Origin: Octopus sinensis
Taxonomy: Eukaryota
Direction: 5' to 3'
Length of the DNA stretch: 34,512 nt
Assembly: GCF_006345805.1 (NCBI RefSeq)
Contig: NW_021831672.1
Coordinates: 1-34,512, forward strand
Positions 30,548 to 34,512 of this stretch are shown here, one piece after another (positions within the stretch are counted from its first letter, which is position 1; every line of letters starts with the position of its first letter). Under the pieces are notes generated by a model. That model was not told the DNA's origin. It saw only the letters and a list, made by a program, of their open reading frames with translations, and did no database searches. The translations under genes and the position numbers were made by a program.

Positions 30548-31330
30548 TTCTTTTTTTTTATTGGCCACAAGGGTCGCACACAGACCTAAAGGATGATACA
30601 AGACAAAGGACTGCGTAGTGTAAACAATAAGACAATAGAAACAAACTTATAAGCAGTAGAATTCTCAAATAGAAGGGATCTAGAGTCACCCTTCTTACCA
30701 GGTGTACTGTGGGAAGTGCTCCTCTCTACTCTGTAAATTTCAGCCCACAGGCACATGCATAGTGTAGGTCCATTTACTCGGGCCGTTCTCGCCACATTCC
30801 CCTACCTTTCAACTACTTTACTAGGAGACAAGGCGGCGAACTGGCAGAAACGTTAGCACGCCAGGCGAAATGCGTAACCGTATTTCGTCTGCCGTTATGT
30901 TCTGAGTTCAAATTCCGCCAAGGTCGACTTTGCCTTTCATCCTTTCGGGATCGATAAATTAATTACCAGTTACGCACTGGGGTCGATGTAATCGACTTAA
31001 TACCTATGTCTGTCCTTGTTTGTCCCCTCTGTGTTTTTAGCCCCTTGTGTGTAGTAAAGAAATATGTACTTTACTAGGAGACAGCACCAGCCTCGCTTTG
31101 CTTTCCAAGGGAAGCCTGAAAAAGTTGGTAAGGGCTTGGTCAAAGAGAGAAGTGTCTGTCTCCAGTCCTTTCATTTGCGTCCACCATACACCCGCTATCG
31201 ATATGATCACCAAACAGAGAAAAACTGCCAGCCCTTTCCGGCTAAAGGAGAGCAGTGGCATGATCTTCACTGTGGAGTCAGCCGATAATCGAATCCATCC
31301 TACATGCAACAGCAGGTGTTCAGGCATAAC
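30548..31330 (-). mobile_element. 5'-truncated L1/Tx1-like LINE (copy 3), interrupted by a SINE
   Basis: ORF 31037-31327 (EHLLLHVGWIRLSADSTVKI...WWTQMKGLET) aligns to copy 2 (EQLLSRVGRVGLSAESIVNI...WWTRLKGLET). After excising the SINE it continues to NVARTARVNGPTL. Ends CCCTTGTGGCCAATAAAAAAAAAAGAA. Confidence 0.88.
30831..31066 (+). mobile_element. SINE family B (B1 tail) with 17-bp TSD
   Basis: TACTTTACTAGGAGACA is present exactly at 30814-30830 and 31067-31083. Confidence 0.95.
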
Positions 31331-31401
31331 GATTTCAAATAATTCTTTCTGTGTAGCAATTCTTGATTCAAATCGTACTGAACATGTTTTATATATATAT
31401 A

Positions 31402-31626
31402 CTAGCAGTATCGCCCGGCGTTGCTCGGGTTTGTTTCGACCCTTTAGAATTGAAATTTTTAAAAAATTAAAAAATTTGCATTATGTAGTTTGTTATTCTC
31501 TTTAGGTGAACATTTTTCTGGTTGAAATACACCGAAAAATGGCGACACGGCAGTAAAAAAATCGTAAAAAATAGGGATTTTCATAGAAAAAAAGCACCTT
31601 TTTGATGTAAATAATTTTTGGTGTTA
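31402..31626 (-). mobile_element. Non-autonomous Helitron 3' end
   Basis: Reverse strand ends CCCGAGCAACGCCGGG (GC hairpin, 31414-31429), 8 nt, then CTAG followed by T. This is the canonical Helitron 3' signature. Confidence 0.7.
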
Positions 31627-31753
31627 ACATAGTTCCGGGTTCAGTCCCACTGTGTGGCACCTTGGGCAAGTGTCTTCTACTATAGCATCGGGCCGACCAA
31701 AGCCTTGTGGGTGGATTTGGTAGACGGAAACTGAAAGAAGCCCGTCGTATATG

Positions 31754-31824
<71 letters not shown>

Positions 31825-32030
31825 CTGTGATTGTCCCCTGACCAACATCGCTTGACAACCGATGCTGGTGAGTTTACGTCCCCGTAACTTAGGGGCTCGG
31901 CAAAAGAGACCGATAGAATAAGTACTAGGCTTACAAAGAATAAGTCCTGGGGTCGATTTACTCGACTAAAGGTGGTGCTCCAGCATGGCCACAGTCAAAT
32001 GACTGAAACAAGTAAAAGAGTAAAAAGAGT
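31627..32030 (+). mobile_element. SINE family A, 5'-truncated, near consensus
   Basis: Aligns closely with 18850-19209; ends AAGTAAAAGAGTAAAAAGAGT. Confidence 0.92.
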
Positions 32031-32209
32031 TTTGTCTTTGGTCAGTATTATTTCCTGGTTGCTTCTATCTAGAAATCAAAGGAAATGACTACCATTCCCT
32101 TCAAACTTTGCTTTTGTGACCTGAACGCCAATGTTTTGAAACTGACCTATTTTCCATCACATTTCAGACAGATTCAGCGCTGAGTTGCTGAAACAGAAAT
32201 ATCGTTGTA

Positions 32210-32356
32210 GGAAATATTTTACTCAGTTGCTTAACCTTAACCACTAAGCATGTCCCTTAGTATCTGACAATATGTACATCTCTGATCATGAGCAGGAGTA
32301 GTGGGGAAGCATCATAACCATGTGCTGAGAAGGCTTCTTTGGGGGATTGAATAAAT
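32210..32356 (+). mobile_element. Second, diverged fragment of the 2314-2868 repeat
   Basis: Collinear similarity with ~2450-2585. Confidence 0.7.
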
Positions 32357-32444
32357 ATAACAAAAGCGATATTTGAAGGAAATATTAGCCATTTTTCATA
32401 TTTTCTAGGGGTAAGCAAATAAGAAACAGTGAGGTAAGGTAAAT

Positions 32445-32687
32445 ACCTTCTCGAATCATGTCGACTCATAAGGGGCAGTTTCCCGTTTCATGGCGTATGT
32501 ATATTCATCACCCGGACGGGACGCTTACACATCGCAGGACTACTCATTTTTACCAGCTGAGTGGACAAGAGTAACGTGAAATGAAGCGTTTTGCCCAAGA
32601 ACACAACGCATCGCCCGGTCCAGGAATCGAAACCACAATACTATGATCAATAATTCAAAACCCCAACCACTAAGCTACGCGCCTCCA
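32445..32687 (-). mobile_element. tRNA-derived SINE (family D)
   Basis: Reverse strand TGGAGGCGCGTAGCTTAGTGG...GGTTTCGATTCCTGG...TTGGGCAAAACGCTTCATTTCACGTT..TCCACTCAGCTGGTAAAAATGAGTA. Confidence 0.8.
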
Positions 32688-33089
32688 CAAATAACAGTTG
32701 CTAACTAAGAACGAAAATCGCGTTACAGAGTGTATTCAATCCTTGAGGCCTTCTGTCTATCAATATCTTTTGAATTTGTGATCAGTTTTTACATACACAA
32801 GTGATTCATGATTGAGCAGACTTAGGATCAAAGGCGTTCATATTTCAGAGAGTGAACCGAAAAATGATGTTTTATTCATTGAAACTGTAAACTTAATGAG
32901 ACCTTATGAGTGCTAATAAGGAAAATTTTTCCCAAGAGAGAGAATTCTTGTAATACACATATGAGAAACACTTTAGGAAGCATAAAAAACATGTAGACTT
33001 ACGACGCAAATGCTTTCTTAGAAGAGCATGAAGACCACAAAAACGTTTTTCTTTGATAAATAATATGCATATAAGCATGCAGCTTTATG

Positions 33090-33161
<72 letters not shown>

Positions 33162-33629
33162 GCGTACGCGCGCGCGTGTGTGTGTGTGTGTATGTGTGAG
33201 TATGTGTGTAGGCGCAGCCGATTGCAGTCTATCATATCTGAGGTAGTGAGCCGAAAATAATTTATAATTTGTAATTAACAGATATCATAAAATTTGTGAG
33301 AAGTCATTAGCGTTAATGAATATTATTCTCAATAGAGGTCTATACACACACACGCAAACGCACACGCACACAGACACGCACACATATATGTAATGTGTAT
33401 ATATGTGTATACATATATGTGTGCATACGTGTGTGTGTGTATGCATGTGTGTATGCGTAAGGTGTTTTAGGTTTTCGAGTACATAATATAGGTAAATAAT
33501 AGTTAATCTGTTAAGTTCTTAGAGGCAGAGTTCCTTAATATTGCAAACGAAAATGGGCGTACAGAGGAGCTTAAAGATCTTGTTAGAGTTTGTCATACTT
33601 TAATCATTGGTATGAAGAATTTCTAACTC

Positions 33630-33830
33630 TGGTGCGTGAGTCAGTGGTTAGGACGTTGCACTCGCGATCTTGGGAACGTGGATTCGATTCCCTGAGTGAA
33701 GCGCTTCATTTCATTTTGCCTCCATTCACTCTGCGACGGACGGGCGTCCAGTTCCAGAGGTATATTGTGATCTCGGTCACTCATACGACATGGAAAGCGG
33801 GTAACCGGTTCTATGAGTCTTAGGAGTCGA
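33630..33830 (+). mobile_element. Degenerate family D-like SINE
   Basis: GAGTCAGTGGTTAGG...GGATTCGATTCCC...GCGCTTCATTTCA...CTGCGACGGACGGGCGTCC. Confidence 0.6.
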
Positions 33831-34036
33831 GACAGTTATGTCCAAGGGACACGTCCACTGGGAATTTCTGCTGTAATATTTTGACACGCAAAAGAAAACT
33901 ATTTCAGAGAAAATTTAAAGGACACTTTAAAGGATTTCTGCATCGATTTAAAGGATTACTGTAAAGATTTTATTTTAGTAATCCAACATCAATCTCCTGA
34001 AAGGGTTTATTGTTGCATTATCGTCGTAGCTCCACA

Positions 34037-34199
34037 GAACCGGAAGTCCATTAGGGTGTGTTGAGAAACATGTTTAGATAATAAATTACAGAATGTCTAG
34101 TGTAGACCAACGGTACCCAGCCTTCTTGGGAGATAAAAACAGAGTAAAGTGCATAAGATATAACTTAATTATGGCTTACACAATACCAACATACATGTT

Positions 34200-34232
<33 letters not shown>

Positions 34233-34509
34233 CATACATACATACATACATACATACATACATACATACATACATACATACATACATACATACATACATA
34301 CACATACATACAAGTAAATATATATATATACAATTTATTATAATTATTAGAAACATGATTATAATTAGGGATTAGGAAAATTGCTTCACCACATACCGAA
34401 ATTTAGAAATAGCAGTTAAATGCTATTCTACTATCATAAGATGTCTCCCAGACAGCAATACTCTCAATTCACACATGTTTCTCAACACACCCTGATGGAC
34501 TTCCGGTTC
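34037..34509. mobile_element. Element bounded by 37-bp inverted repeats (36/37), MITE-like and unclassified
   Basis: GAACCGGAAGTCCATTAGGGTGTGTTGAGAAACATGT (34037-34073) versus the reverse complement of 34473-34509. Outer ends and TSD cannot be resolved at the window edge. Confidence 0.65.
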
Positions 34510-34512
34510 GGT

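Noticed and set aside
34491-34512. CCTGATGG as the start of a hammerhead
   Set aside because: The core is wrong (CTGATGG) and the sequence is explained as the right arm of the 37-bp inverted repeat.

Overview
Eukaryotic, AT-rich, repeat-saturated intergenic or deep-intronic DNA. The microsatellite density and SINE types suggest an octopus or other coleoid cephalopod (inference, no search run). I cannot support any host protein-coding exon, RNA gene or CRISPR array; the ORF track is almost entirely translated microsatellite or decayed transposon. Contents: about 15 copies or fragments of a bipartite tRNA-type SINE (family A, central microsatellite linker), 10 copies of a second tRNA-type SINE (family B, interchangeable 3' tails), 4 other tRNA-type SINE copies, three 3' ends of one L1/Tx1-like LINE, RTE-like and CR1-like LINE 3' fragments, a deleted mariner, three hAT MITEs with 8-bp TSDs, a Helitron 3' end and an unclassified inverted-repeat element. 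Most interesting: (1) six to seven minimal type-I hammerhead ribozyme motifs with palindromic stem III, of different sequence, mostly in short AT-rich inserts resembling Penelope pseudo-LTRs that sit in microsatellites, three of them inside the family A SINE linker; (2) the family B1 SINE tail is homologous to the 3' end of the Tx1-like LINE in the same window; (3) several long near-perfect fold-back hairpins (29-64 bp arms). All alignments and folds were done by eye.
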